Notes: generated by a model not told the origin, from the sequence alone. A stretch of DNA of 64,000 nucleotides from Candidatus Zixiibacteriota bacterium (GCA_043819555.1 JBDREQ010000064.1:1-64000), one strand, 5' to 3'; positions 48,799 through 59,049 are shown, counted from the first letter of the stretch. A program made the numbers and translations.

Positions 48799-50013
48799 CT
48801 AATTAGTTGCGAATATAGCGTTCAATATATCCAGGAGCCATTGCATTGATTCACTGCCCCAGGCATTAGCGATTGTTGCGGCCATCGTGCCCAGTAAGAT
48901 GGCGCACATTGCCATAATCTTTCCGATATCCTGCCCTTTTAATGATCCCAGCTGTTTGGGATCGCCCGATAGATAAGCCGACGCTGCAAATAATTCTTCA
49001 CCAATTAAAGTGTAATCGCAGGCGGCCACAAAAAACGGCAACTGACCTGGGCGAGCCGTACCGGCGATTTGAATCGCCCCGATACTATTACCGGTCTCGG
49101 CCAGAATCAGGGACTCCGCGAAAAAAGCGCCCAAATACAGACAGGTCGCCGGCTTTTCGCGCACCATGATTCCATTCACAGCCGCTACAAATCCAAACTG
49201 CTCATCGGTGATATACTGAACCATATCGTCGCTGTATCCATCAGGGCGTCCGGCCGACATATATGCTTCTTTTATTGTTTCTCGGGCGGAAGTCATTACC
49301 AATGAGCGCGAGACAGGCATCCTTATTTTACTATCATAGTCGGCAATAACTCGGGCAACTCGCCCCAAAATAGTTATCCCCGCAATTGTTTGAACATCGT
49401 CCATATCCTGAATACCGGCTATAAATAAAATCGGGCGTCCCATTTCGGTTGCGCGGCCAACCGCCTCTTCAATCGCTTCCAAACCCGCGATTTTTCTAAT
49501 AAAAAATTTGCGCCCGCCCTTTACAGACAATATAAAGCCTATGACCGAACCGCAAACGATAAAGGCCAGAATCAGAATATTCAATTGACCAAAATTAAAA
49601 AACTCCCATGTTGCCGCTGCGGGCCGTGATGGTTCCGAAATAGATTCACCGGCCGAATTATACGCCGCGACTTTATACTGATAAGGGATATCGTTTTCTA
49701 ACTCCTGGTCACTATAAGTAGTCTGGCCAATTATTAAATCGGTAATGTGTTCAAAATCGTTGTCCGACTGTGAACGATATAGTTTGTATCCGAGAATATT
49801 ATCGGGATCGTCAGGGGATTTTTCCCAGGTCACGATTAATATTCCACCGGCGTCATATACCGCGTTTTGGGCAGTTACATTAGTCGCCGGCAGAGGCAGA
49901 GAAACAACCAAAGAATCGGCCAATTCATCAATTGGAGTTACTTCCTCGGCGAAAACCGCCAATGAAGATATGAGACAAAACGTAAGTGCCGGCGCTAAGA
50001 ATATCTTATTCAT
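48799..50013 (-). CDS. Cassette copy 2, subunit A (FN3 + DUF6754-like)
   Basis: Start reassigned to MNKIFL (TAATG overlap with D1). FN3 'YQYKVAAYNSAGES'; same conserved C-domain. Confidence 0.88.
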   Translation of the reverse strand: MNKIFLAPALTFCLISSLAVFAEEVTPIDELADSLVVSLPLPATNVTAQNAVYDAGGILIVTWEKSPDDPDNILGYKLYRSQSDNDFEHITDLIIGQTTYSDQELENDIPYQYKVAAYNSAGESISEPSRPAAATWEFFNFGQLNILILAFIVCGSVIGFILSVKGGRKFFIRKIAGLEAIEEAVGRATEMGRPILFIAGIQDMDDVQTIAGITILGRVARVIADYDSKIRMPVSRSLVMTSARETIKEAYMSAGRPDGYSDDMVQYITDEQFGFVAAVNGIMVREKPATCLYLGAFFAESLILAETGNSIGAIQIAGTARPGQLPFFVAACDYTLIGEELFAASAYLSGDPKQLGSLKGQDIGKIMAMCAILLGTMAATIANAWGSESMQWLLDILNAIFATN

Positions 50014-50642
50014 TACGGTAATAATCCGAGCCATTGATCAAAAAGAAAATCAAGTCTTCCAAGCATAAGCGACATACGGCTCATTACCGTATATCCGAAT
50101 GAAGCTCCAAAGGTGGCCATCAAAAACCAAATGCCGACCTTTGCGGTCGCTCCAAAAAGCCCTTTATGTTCTTTACTGAAGAAGAAATAAACAAGGCCAG
50201 AACAGACTCCAACAATAATAATCAAGTTGTTTATAAAGAGACTGGCTCCGCCCCCAAAAAGAGGCACAATTGTTGCCGAAACCTGTTGCATGGCATTAGA
50301 GACAAAGTACATCATCATATATAAACCGGCCGTCGCGCCGACTATGAAAGCAAGCGGCCATCGCGCTATCCAGCCAATCTTATCAAAAAGGCGGGCCAGC
50401 ATAAGAACTCCCAAAATAAAACCGAACCATGGATAAATTAAGGGATCTGTGGCAAAAACTGTTTGTTCCAGAAATTTACTGTACATCATGTCCCAAAAAT
50501 AGACGACAAACCAGTAACCGGCCGAAGCGCCGACAAAGATCGCCTCACTTATCTTGTAGAACACATTGTCTTTATATAAGAAAGAGATAATGCCCAAAGT
50601 CAAAAGAGCAGCTACCCAAATGCCAAATACTTCCCAGCTCAT
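50013..50642 (-). CDS. Cassette copy 1, subunit D
   Basis: Same D motifs. Confidence 0.88.
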   Translation of the reverse strand: MSWEVFGIWVAALLTLGIISFLYKDNVFYKISEAIFVGASAGYWFVVYFWDMMYSKFLEQTVFATDPLIYPWFGFILGVLMLARLFDKIGWIARWPLAFIVGATAGLYMMMYFVSNAMQQVSATIVPLFGGGASLFINNLIIIVGVCSGLVYFFFSKEHKGLFGATAKVGIWFLMATFGASFGYTVMSRMSLMLGRLDFLFDQWLGLLP

Positions 50643-51637
50643 GACTTTTTCTCCTTCTTTTTCTTATCCCGAAGATAGGCGACATTACCAATTATTATAA
50701 AACCGATCACTACGATATGCGCGAACGATTGTGATAATAAAAACGTGGTTGCCTTGCCCATATATTCAGTCAGCAATTCAAATTCAGCCGCGCCTGACAT
50801 GCCTCCCATTAATCCGATTAATTGCCCCGAATTGACATAAGGATAAGCCATTGGAGCCTGAACCGCGGTATTCCCGGCTCCCATTTTTAGATTATATCTA
50901 TCAACGGCCAATTGAACCCATTCAACGGTTCCCGGCTTACCGGCAGAAAGATTTATCGAATAATCTATATTTGTAAAATTCGAAACGTTGCGCACCAATG
51001 GGATCGAATCATAAATTCGTCCATTCATATCGCGCGGGAATGTTGCCCGAATCGATTCGCCCATGCGCAGGATTACGAATTCATTCCCTGATTGAAAACC
51101 AAGATTGCAATAATCAACCCCATCAACCTTCTGCGTCCGCCATTCAGGATTTTCCACAAAAGCCGCCTCAAGCGCAAGCTGCGCCTGCTGCGGACCCATG
51201 GGCCACAAACCCATAATAATTAAATTCAAATCATGCTCGAAGGCGTATTTGATTATGCATTCCGCCATTGGTTGTAATTCTGGCGCGGACGGGGGATCAT
51301 AATCAAAAGAAACCAATATGGTCGAACCCGACTGCAGTTCAACCAATCCATCATAGACGCCTCGAACTTCAGCTGAGATTTGAATGGGAAGGGTGAATTG
51401 CATGAAAAATGGCAGGAGCAGCGAAATGCCAATCAATAAAAATACCATCCGACGCTTAACATATTTCCCTTGCAACGTCCTGACAAAAATAATAACGAAA
51501 ACCAGAAACATCAGGATGATGATGACCGTCGAAACCGTAGTCGAAAACCGAAGCGGTCCCTTCATAAAGTAACAAACAAGAAAAAATATGGCGATTAACA
51601 CCGTTGCAATAATTTCTTTCATCCTGATAGTCATCAA
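50639..51637 (-). CDS. Cassette copy 1, subunit C (extra N-terminal TM helices)
   Basis: 'DYDPPSAPELQPM', 'YPYVNSGQLIGLMGGMSGAAEFE', 'QSFAH'. Confidence 0.88.
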   Translation of the reverse strand: MMTIRMKEIIATVLIAIFFLVCYFMKGPLRFSTTVSTVIIILMFLVFVIIFVRTLQGKYVKRRMVFLLIGISLLLPFFMQFTLPIQISAEVRGVYDGLVELQSGSTILVSFDYDPPSAPELQPMAECIIKYAFEHDLNLIIMGLWPMGPQQAQLALEAAFVENPEWRTQKVDGVDYCNLGFQSGNEFVILRMGESIRATFPRDMNGRIYDSIPLVRNVSNFTNIDYSINLSAGKPGTVEWVQLAVDRYNLKMGAGNTAVQAPMAYPYVNSGQLIGLMGGMSGAAEFELLTEYMGKATTFLLSQSFAHIVVIGFIIIGNVAYLRDKKKKEKKS

Positions 51638-52284
51638 TCACCCCCCAGATACGATCGTTCAAGCCCAATAATAATTCGCAGAGAGTTGGAAACCAATCCG
51701 AGGGCGATACCCATCATAATCGCCCGCTGTCCGGCAGTATTAAGAACATTCATTATCCAGTTAGCCCATTGAGACATTTGATATTTGTAAGGAAGCCAGG
51801 AGGTAATAAGATCCCCTACCGGAACCCGTCCAAGCATTACAAAAAACGCAGCCAAAAGTAATATGGTCGCCTCAAAATTGCGAGCCCTGAAGGCTCGATA
51901 AGAAGCTGAGGCTACAAAAAACGCCAGCAGAGCAAACATAGTCGATGACAACGAACTATAGACATTGATATAAAGCCAGTCAAATGCCGTGCCAGGGTTT
52001 CGAAATTCTATCCCGCCAGCAAATCCGGCAATAGCAACGATTAAAAACGATATTATAATTATAACGGCATATGGCCAATCGGGACGTTTCCTGAAAATTT
52101 TTATGCTGGAAATTTTAATCAGATTCAACGCGCCCAGCCAGATTGCGAAAGCGGCCACAATTAAAAACCAATCGGTAAACCATTTCTCAAATTCATAAAA
52201 TGGCCAATGCGGTATGAAATAGGATATAACATACGCAACACCGACTACAAAGGTTATTATCAGGGGTATTTCTCGTCTCATCAA
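51634..52284 (-). CDS. Cassette copy 1, subunit B
   Basis: Same B motifs. Confidence 0.88.
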   Translation of the reverse strand: MMRREIPLIITFVVGVAYVISYFIPHWPFYEFEKWFTDWFLIVAAFAIWLGALNLIKISSIKIFRKRPDWPYAVIIIISFLIVAIAGFAGGIEFRNPGTAFDWLYINVYSSLSSTMFALLAFFVASASYRAFRARNFEATILLLAAFFVMLGRVPVGDLITSWLPYKYQMSQWANWIMNVLNTAGQRAIMMGIALGLVSNSLRIIIGLERSYLGGD

Positions 52285-52308
52285 AAATCCCTTATATTTT
52301 CTATTTCG

Positions 52309-53568
52309 TTAATGGGCGGCAAACCACTCCGAGATATTCCAATCCGGGTTAAGCGCCAGTAAGATTACACCAATTATAATCGCTGTCAGACAAAGCACTT
52401 TGCCTACGTCCTGCCCCTTAAGCGATCCCAAGAGTTTTGGTTCGCCTGTCAAATATGCCGACGCCGCAAAAAGTTCCTCGCCAATTAAAGTGTAGTCGCA
52501 GGCCGCGACAAAGAACGGCAATTGTGCCGGCATGGCCGTGCCCGCTATTTGAATGGCGCCAATGCTGTTACCAGTTTCAGCCATGATTAGTGATTCAGCG
52601 AAGAAGGTACCGATCAGAAAAACTGTCGCCGGTTTTTCACGCACAAATAATCCGTCAATTGCTGCAGCATATCCGAATTGATCATCAGTAAGATATCTTA
52701 CCTGATCTTCAATAAAAGAATCCGGCCGACCGGCTTTGCTGTATGCTTCTTTGACGACTTCTTTGGCCGTGACCATAACCATAGAACGGCAAACCGGTAC
52801 ATCTATTCGGGTATCGTTTTCGGCGGCAATCGTCGCAACCCGACCCAAAATTGACATACTGGCAAGGGTTTGAACATCATCCATATCATGAATGCCCGGA
52901 ACATAATATATTGAACGCCCCATTTCCGTGGCACGTCCCACCGCATTCTCCACTTCTTCAATACCGGCAATTTTCCGGATATAAAATTTCTTCCCGCTTT
53001 TGGCCGCAAAGATAAAATAAATAATTGAGGATGACAGCAGGATCGTACCGATAAAAATTACAAAGCGACTCATATTAAACCATTGAGAGACAGATTTCAC
53101 AGGTCCAATCACGGCAGAACTACTCGATGTCGACCATAAAACATTCCCGCCCGTTTTGACAAAATTCACAGTAATGATTTTATAATAGTATTCCGTATCG
53201 GTAGGCGCCTGAAAATCAGTAAACGTAGTATGCCCTTGCGGGGTACTGCCCAGTTCCGTGAATTCTCCTTCCGGCGATGTACTGCGTAATATCTTATATT
53301 CCATTACATTGCCGCCTTCATAGTCGTCTGGCGATCTTTCCCAGTTGATTACAATGGCATCACCCTTATCATTTGCATTGTCAAAGGCGTTAATATCAAA
53401 GGCAGGCTGCGGGGTTAGTTCCTCCAAAAACGACGAATCATAAACCTGTTGGGCTAGAGTATCTGTATTTGATTCAACCGGTTCGGATTGAGCTATAGCT
53501 TTTGGTGAGGATAGTACTAATGAAAATAGAACGGCATAAAAAGAAAAAACACTAAGTCGTTTAAGCAT
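52309..53568 (-). CDS. Cassette copy 1, subunit A (FN3 + DUF6754-like)
   Basis: Signal peptide, FN3 'AFDNANDKGDAIVINWERSPDD...EYYYKI', conserved C-domain. Confidence 0.88.
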   Translation of the reverse strand: MLKRLSVFSFYAVLFSLVLSSPKAIAQSEPVESNTDTLAQQVYDSSFLEELTPQPAFDINAFDNANDKGDAIVINWERSPDDYEGGNVMEYKILRSTSPEGEFTELGSTPQGHTTFTDFQAPTDTEYYYKIITVNFVKTGGNVLWSTSSSSAVIGPVKSVSQWFNMSRFVIFIGTILLSSSIIYFIFAAKSGKKFYIRKIAGIEEVENAVGRATEMGRSIYYVPGIHDMDDVQTLASMSILGRVATIAAENDTRIDVPVCRSMVMVTAKEVVKEAYSKAGRPDSFIEDQVRYLTDDQFGYAAAIDGLFVREKPATVFLIGTFFAESLIMAETGNSIGAIQIAGTAMPAQLPFFVAACDYTLIGEELFAASAYLTGEPKLLGSLKGQDVGKVLCLTAIIIGVILLALNPDWNISEWFAAH

Positions 53569-53719
53569 AACGATTCCTTATTATTGTGCCGCCTATTATG
53601 CCCCGCACGATAGGGATTATGCGAAAATCCGGTTATATACTAAGACGATTGACACACAATTGTGTTCAATCGTTTTGAAATAGATTCACATATTATTAAA
53701 AGCGGCAAACATTGCGGAT

Positions 53720-53748
53720 AATGTACACCCGACTCAAATTCAAGTCAA
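53720..53748 (-). promoter_or_regulatory. Sigma70-type promoter of the membrane operon
   Basis: TTGACT-N17-TACATT on the minus strand, about 150 nt upstream of A1. Confidence 0.55.
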
Positions 53749-54360
53749 GCCAAATATGTGTTATGTTTTTTTGGGGGGGGTGGTTTCCATAGGATTATTC
53801 CGCATCAGGCGGGGATGCAAAAAAATGGTTGCGATAAATTCATTTTGCTTCCCAATATTCCATTGACTGAAGAACCCAATCCGTTTTGACCATAATTAAC
53901 ACCCCCTGAACCTTGTCCACCGGCATCAACTGCAATAATATCGGCCTCAATTTTCCTGAAGTTTTGTAGCCATATATAAATTCGAGCGCTAAGGGTCAAA
54001 TTGGGAACGGTCTGCAATAAGTATCCAGTCTCTGCTTTGATATCAAGACTATTTTTGATCTGCTGCAGTAATCCGACAAATAAGATACCCGGAAGAATCT
54101 GAGGTGTTATTTGAAGTCTCCATTATTATCCAAAATCCATATGTAATATATTTTATTTGACGCTTTACAATTCAGCTTGGATTGATTATAATGGCGCCAT
54201 TCGCCGGTTAGATATTATAGTCTTGATTATGGTAGATTATGAAATAGGTTTTTAATACCATTTGGGAAGCGAACTGACGGATGATCACGTCGGCCCGGAT
54301 GTTCCGCGCCGACCGTCTGTTTTTAACAAAAATATTGGGCTAGGAGATTTGGAGAATTTC

Positions 54361-55842
54361 ATGAAACAAATTCGCTTGATTGCAATCAAAGGCTTATGGG
54401 CGCTGTGCCTGGCGATAATAATTACTGCCTGCTCGGATTTAGCTGGCCAGGGGAAAATACCTATTACATCTTCTTCGGAGAAAGCTCTGGAGTACTATTA
54501 TCAGGGATTGGATATGGCTGATAATCTTCAGACTCAACAAGCCCGGCTTCTTTTCCAAAAGGCTATAGAAATTGATCCCAAGTTTGCTATGGCTCATTTG
54601 CAGCTGGCTGCCGTTCAGCCAACAACTAATGAATTTCTTGAAAGCTTTAATAATGCAAAAGCCCTCATAAATAATGTGTCGCAAGCGGAACGATTATGGA
54701 TCCTTGGATATGAGGCGGCGAACATTACCGGTATCCCAAAGGCACAGTTGGAGAATTTTCAAGAACTCGCAAATTTATACCCCGGCGACGAGCGGGCACA
54801 TTATTTATTGGGTGGATATTATTTTGGTCAGCAGGACTGGGAATCGGCAATAGCTAAATTTAAGCAGGCCGCGAAAATAAACCCAGAGTTCTCGCCACTA
54901 TATAATCAAATGGGCTATGCCCTTGTGTTTACTGAACGTTACGATGAGGCTGAAATTACTTTTAAGAAGTATATTGAACTGATCCCTCAGGATCCTAATC
55001 CTTATGATTCATACGCCGAACTCCTAATGAAAACGGGGCGCTACGATGAGGCAATTGAACAATATAAAAAGGTTTTGGAAATTAAACCCGATTTCTTAAC
55101 CTCATATGTTGGCATTGCCACCAATCTCAATTTTATTGGGAAATATGAGGAAGCTCGAAAACAATTACAGATTATGTGTGATTTAGCCGGAGATGTCGGC
55201 CAACAGCGGTTAGCCAATTCCGCCATGGCGTATTCATATATAGATGAAGGCGATTTCGATCAAGGGCTTAAACAATACGACAAAAATTATGCGATAGCTG
55301 AAGCCTTAGGAGATACTTCCTTAATGGCTGGAGACCTGGCTCTTATGGGATTTGCCCTGGTTGAAGTAAAAGGACGCGAAATGGAGGCTTTGGATAAATT
55401 CAATAAAGCAACAGCTATGATACAAGCTTCATCGCTTGCTGATAGAACCAAAGCTATTAACAGGCAAGGCCACCGCTATAACGCCAGCCGAGCATATGTG
55501 GCCATGGGAAATATTGAAGAAGCCCGAAAATATGCCGCCGAATATCGCGCAGAGGCTGAAGCCGCCAATAATCAGAACCAGATTAAGACGGTATGCCAAT
55601 TGGATGGATTAATTGCTTCGGAAGAAGGCAAATATGACCAGGCAATTGAATATTTCTTAAATTCAAATCTACAGAACCCCTGGAACTTCTTTCATCTTGC
55701 CAAAGCGTATGAACGCAATGGTGACCGCGTTAATGCCAAAAAGTACTATGAAAAAGCAGCCTACTTCAATGGACTCAACAGCAGCCCTCTGGCATGTATA
55801 AGGGTTCAGGCTAAAGAACGAGCCGAAGCAATGCAGGACTGA
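54361..55842 (+). CDS. TPR-repeat lipoprotein
   Basis: Start reassigned to MKQIRL (GGAG RBS). Lipobox 'ITAC'; multiple TPRs ('KAIEIDPKFAMAH', 'NPYDSYAELL..GRYDEAI'). Confidence 0.88.
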   Translation: MKQIRLIAIKGLWALCLAIIITACSDLAGQGKIPITSSSEKALEYYYQGLDMADNLQTQQARLLFQKAIEIDPKFAMAHLQLAAVQPTTNEFLESFNNAKALINNVSQAERLWILGYEAANITGIPKAQLENFQELANLYPGDERAHYLLGGYYFGQQDWESAIAKFKQAAKINPEFSPLYNQMGYALVFTERYDEAEITFKKYIELIPQDPNPYDSYAELLMKTGRYDEAIEQYKKVLEIKPDFLTSYVGIATNLNFIGKYEEARKQLQIMCDLAGDVGQQRLANSAMAYSYIDEGDFDQGLKQYDKNYAIAEALGDTSLMAGDLALMGFALVEVKGREMEALDKFNKATAMIQASSLADRTKAINRQGHRYNASRAYVAMGNIEEARKYAAEYRAEAEAANNQNQIKTVCQLDGLIASEEGKYDQAIEYFLNSNLQNPWNFFHLAKAYERNGDRVNAKKYYEKAAYFNGLNSSPLACIRVQAKERAEAMQD

Positions 55843-55863
55843 TCTATCAGTATGCGAATATTA

Positions 55864-55892
55864 TTTGACTGGGGCGACCGCCCCAGTCAATT
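55864..55892 (+). terminator. Hairpin/terminator after the TPR gene
   Basis: TTGACTGGGGCG-AC-CGCCCCAGTCAA perfect 12-bp inverted repeat. Confidence 0.65.
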
Positions 55893-56103
55893 CATAGTCT
55901 CAGAATAGACAAATACTTAATGGAACTCCTGGCCGGTTTTTTCTCCAAAGGCGGTCGTTAATAAATTCCAGATGAATCAAAACTTGATAATATTTAAAAA
56001 CTTCATTTCAGAATTATTGCAACAAATGATTTGTGTTATATATTTAAATGAACTATTGGTAATGTGATCAAAAATTTACAGACAATAAGATGATTATCAA
56101 ATT

Positions 56104-57618
56104 ATGAAACGTTTTTCAATTATTGAATATACAAAAAGGTATCCAATCATCCCGCCTATTTTACTTGCTCTGATCTGTCTTATTCCATGGATTCTTAATC
56201 TATACCCATTATTTTTTGTATCCCCTGATGTTGCATATGTGAAGGCAAAAATTCTGTGGGTATTGGAGGGCGAACTATTTAAAGACCCTGTAACCGGTTA
56301 CACGAATATGCACCCGCCTCTTTATCACCTCTTCCTTGCGGCATTAAATTCAATTGGAATTCCGATTAATTTTCTCTTATGGATTATTTCAATATTGAAT
56401 GTCATTATGATTTTTATTTTCTCATTTAAAATAAACCAGCGATTATTTAATCAAAACACTGCCATCGTTGCGGCAGCATTAATGCCGTTTATTGTTGAAT
56501 ATATGGGTTGCGGTAATCTTCTCTTGCCAACCGCTTTTTATTTCGGCCTGCCTTTTTTTCTAATTGGGGTTTGGTTATACTTACACCCGAATAGAACGCT
56601 CAAGCACATTTTTCTATTCTCAATTTTCTGGGGACTTGCATTCCTGATTTCTCCCGTATATATTTTCCTAATCGGTTTTTCCTTAATTTATGAATTACTA
56701 ATTAATCGCAATTACCGTCTTTTTATTAATTCCGCATTCGTACTTGTGATTATGCTAATCCCTTTTTTCTATCAAGCATATATTGTGTATACCCATGGGC
56801 TCTTTGGCACTTCCGCTTTTTCTTTCTGGCGCGGGTACCCGAATCTCGAATATTTCAAAAACCTCCTGCAATACATTATCAATCCAACTATGAAATCATG
56901 GAGCAATCCTTTGATTTGGATTGCCCCAATACTTTCCGGGCTGGGAATCTGGGGACTATTACGAGGATTACCAAAAGCAGAATTCTCTCGTTTTAAATGG
57001 TTTCTGATAATTACTTTCCTGGCATATATTTTTACCTATTACAATTTTAAACCGCAATATGCCATACGGATTCATCTCATAATTTCTATCTTTCTGGCGG
57101 CTCTTGCGGTTGAGTACTTATTTCATCGATTCAAAAATTCGCGCCTGCCAATTTTCGTACTATCAGGATTGATTATATGCGGAATGATTTATCACCAATA
57201 CATTTATTTTACTGAGTACAAAAATCAAAACGTTCACATGCTTGAATTTAACAAATCCAGGGCCGGTATCTCAAAAGTCCTAAAGCAAATTGTCCTCCCC
57301 GATGAATTTATTATTATCCATGCCGATACCTATCGCCAGTATATCCTTCCGTTTTTTAAAGTCCATGCGCTGTTGGCATATAAATCAGGAGAGTATTTCC
57401 AGCTTAACGCAAAATTATCCGATGAAATGCTGAATGATTATGAAGTGTTAATGAAATGCGATACACAAGATTGTATCAACTCCATTAGCAATAAATATAC
57501 TATGGTCATTGCTATAGCAAGCGGAAATGATTTTGATTATCCGGTATTTCAATTGATCAACAAATCATGGCCATGCGTCTATAACGACAACTATTTTAGA
57601 ATTTATCATAAGCCCTGA
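56104..57618 (+). CDS. GT-C fold (ArnT/PMT-like) membrane glycosyltransferase
   Basis: Many TM helices, acidic first loop 'SPD', 'HPPLYH' motif, soluble C-terminal domain; AT-rich. Confidence 0.7.
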   Translation: MKRFSIIEYTKRYPIIPPILLALICLIPWILNLYPLFFVSPDVAYVKAKILWVLEGELFKDPVTGYTNMHPPLYHLFLAALNSIGIPINFLLWIISILNVIMIFIFSFKINQRLFNQNTAIVAAALMPFIVEYMGCGNLLLPTAFYFGLPFFLIGVWLYLHPNRTLKHIFLFSIFWGLAFLISPVYIFLIGFSLIYELLINRNYRLFINSAFVLVIMLIPFFYQAYIVYTHGLFGTSAFSFWRGYPNLEYFKNLLQYIINPTMKSWSNPLIWIAPILSGLGIWGLLRGLPKAEFSRFKWFLIITFLAYIFTYYNFKPQYAIRIHLIISIFLAALAVEYLFHRFKNSRLPIFVLSGLIICGMIYHQYIYFTEYKNQNVHMLEFNKSRAGISKVLKQIVLPDEFIIIHADTYRQYILPFFKVHALLAYKSGEYFQLNAKLSDEMLNDYEVLMKCDTQDCINSISNKYTMVIAIASGNDFDYPVFQLINKSWPCVYNDNYFRIYHKP

Positions 57619-57787
57619 GATATATACTGTTTATCAAAATATACAAGTCAGTGGCATGTCAGGCTTCAAATAACCTTAGCGAATTGGAATCTCAAAAAGG
57701 AGCACAATTTCTTACAATCAATCTTTCGTTTCCCACTTGAATTGATTATAATAACGGCAGGTCAACCAAACCGATAGGGGTTGCAAA

Positions 57788-58258
57788 ATGCCTGAAAAAA
57801 CCTGCCTCTTAAAAGAAGAACAGATCAAGTTGTGGCGTAAATATATTAAACCAAATATTAATGATTCGTTGAGCTTTGCGCCCGATGACAAACTCGATTG
57901 GGCGCCGGCCGAAGGGATGATGACTTTTGGCCAGGTTTTTGTTCATATTGCCGAGACATCTGACTGGTGGTATGACGAGGTGATGAAGAATAATATCAGC
58001 GTCGAGTTGACCAGCAAGACTATCGAAAGCAAAAAAGAGATCGCCGCGCATCTCGATGCACACTGGAATCGGATGGATCGATTTTTCTCAGAACCTCAGG
58101 AAGCTCTGGAGAAACAGTACAGCTTCAAACATGAAGACAAGACTTTTACTTTTTCCGGGAACTGGATTTTCACTCACTTGCTCGAGCATGACAGCCACCA
58201 TCGCAGCCAGATTCATCAATATTTGCGCATCCTCGGCATCACCCCACCACGGGTGTGA
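57788..58258 (+). CDS. DinB family protein
   Basis: 'LDW.P..GMMTFGQVFVHIA', 'HLLEHDSHHRSQI..YLR.LGI.PP'. Confidence 0.9.
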   Translation: MPEKTCLLKEEQIKLWRKYIKPNINDSLSFAPDDKLDWAPAEGMMTFGQVFVHIAETSDWWYDEVMKNNISVELTSKTIESKKEIAAHLDAHWNRMDRFFSEPQEALEKQYSFKHEDKTFTFSGNWIFTHLLEHDSHHRSQIHQYLRILGITPPRV

Positions 58259-58341
58259 GGCCAGTTTACTTATAGATTAGAAGCTTAGGCGGTCTCTTTC
58301 GATAAATATCCCTTCCCACAGCAAAGTTTTGGGCCACAGGG

Positions 58342-59037
58342 TTATTCTTGAATTGAAGCTTTTAAAATGAATTGGCTTAGTTTTTTGATGCGTTTTTCAA
58401 AATCGATTATTCCAGGTTTTTCATCTATTATTGAATTCACATACTCATAATAATGCGCGCAGATGCTTGACAAAAAACCTATTAGCATTATAAAAACTCC
58501 ATCTATATAATTGTCATCAACAGTAGGATGGAATTTCAAGATCGAATAATTATTGACCTTTTGTCCATAATTTGCAATCTGTGAGAATTCGGCATGCTTC
58601 ATTTGACTAATTTTACCCCATCCTTTATTACTTATAACTGTTGGAATATTTTCCTTCTTTAGCCTCTTTCTAACTTCCTTAGATTTTAATTTCCCCTTTA
58701 ATAAATATTCCATTTCGTGAGGAAATTGGCTGGCAAAAGCTATTTTTTCTATAGAATCATTTACTTCTCGAAAAAGTGACTCGGCTGTTGCATAATATCC
58801 ATTTAATAATGCATGATAAATAGTTCTTATATCGCCGTTAGCTTTATTAGTTTGCATCAAAAATATTCGATTAAACAGCTTTTCATTACCGTTTTTTAAT
58901 TGAATTTGCGACTCATTGACACACTCAATAAATAGTAAATAAGCATCCTTGAATATCATATTTAGGGTTGAGTATTCCTGCAAAACATAAGACTTATGAT
59001 CGCATTCGAGAATATCAATATTTTCTGCGTCATTCAC
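58342..59037 (-). CDS. AT-rich hypothetical helical protein (DUF5677-like?)
   Basis: 231-aa ORF, 'GYY.TAESLFRE..D' and 'SQMKH' pattern; begins 12 nt after the guaA stop. Confidence 0.6.
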   Translation of the reverse strand: MNDAENIDILECDHKSYVLQEYSTLNMIFKDAYLLFIECVNESQIQLKNGNEKLFNRIFLMQTNKANGDIRTIYHALLNGYYATAESLFREVNDSIEKIAFASQFPHEMEYLLKGKLKSKEVRKRLKKENIPTVISNKGWGKISQMKHAEFSQIANYGQKVNNYSILKFHPTVDDNYIDGVFIMLIGFLSSICAHYYEYVNSIIDEKPGIIDFEKRIKKLSQFILKASIQE

Positions 59038-59049
59038 TTTTCCGCCGCC

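Noticed and set aside
42847..53568. Assembly artefact or recent tandem duplication explaining the triplication
   Set aside because: The copies differ in length, N-terminal domains and many synonymous positions; no long identical DNA stretches were seen.
53805..54017. 70-aa minus-strand ORF in the intergenic gap
   Set aside because: TTG start, no clear RBS, no recognisable motifs.
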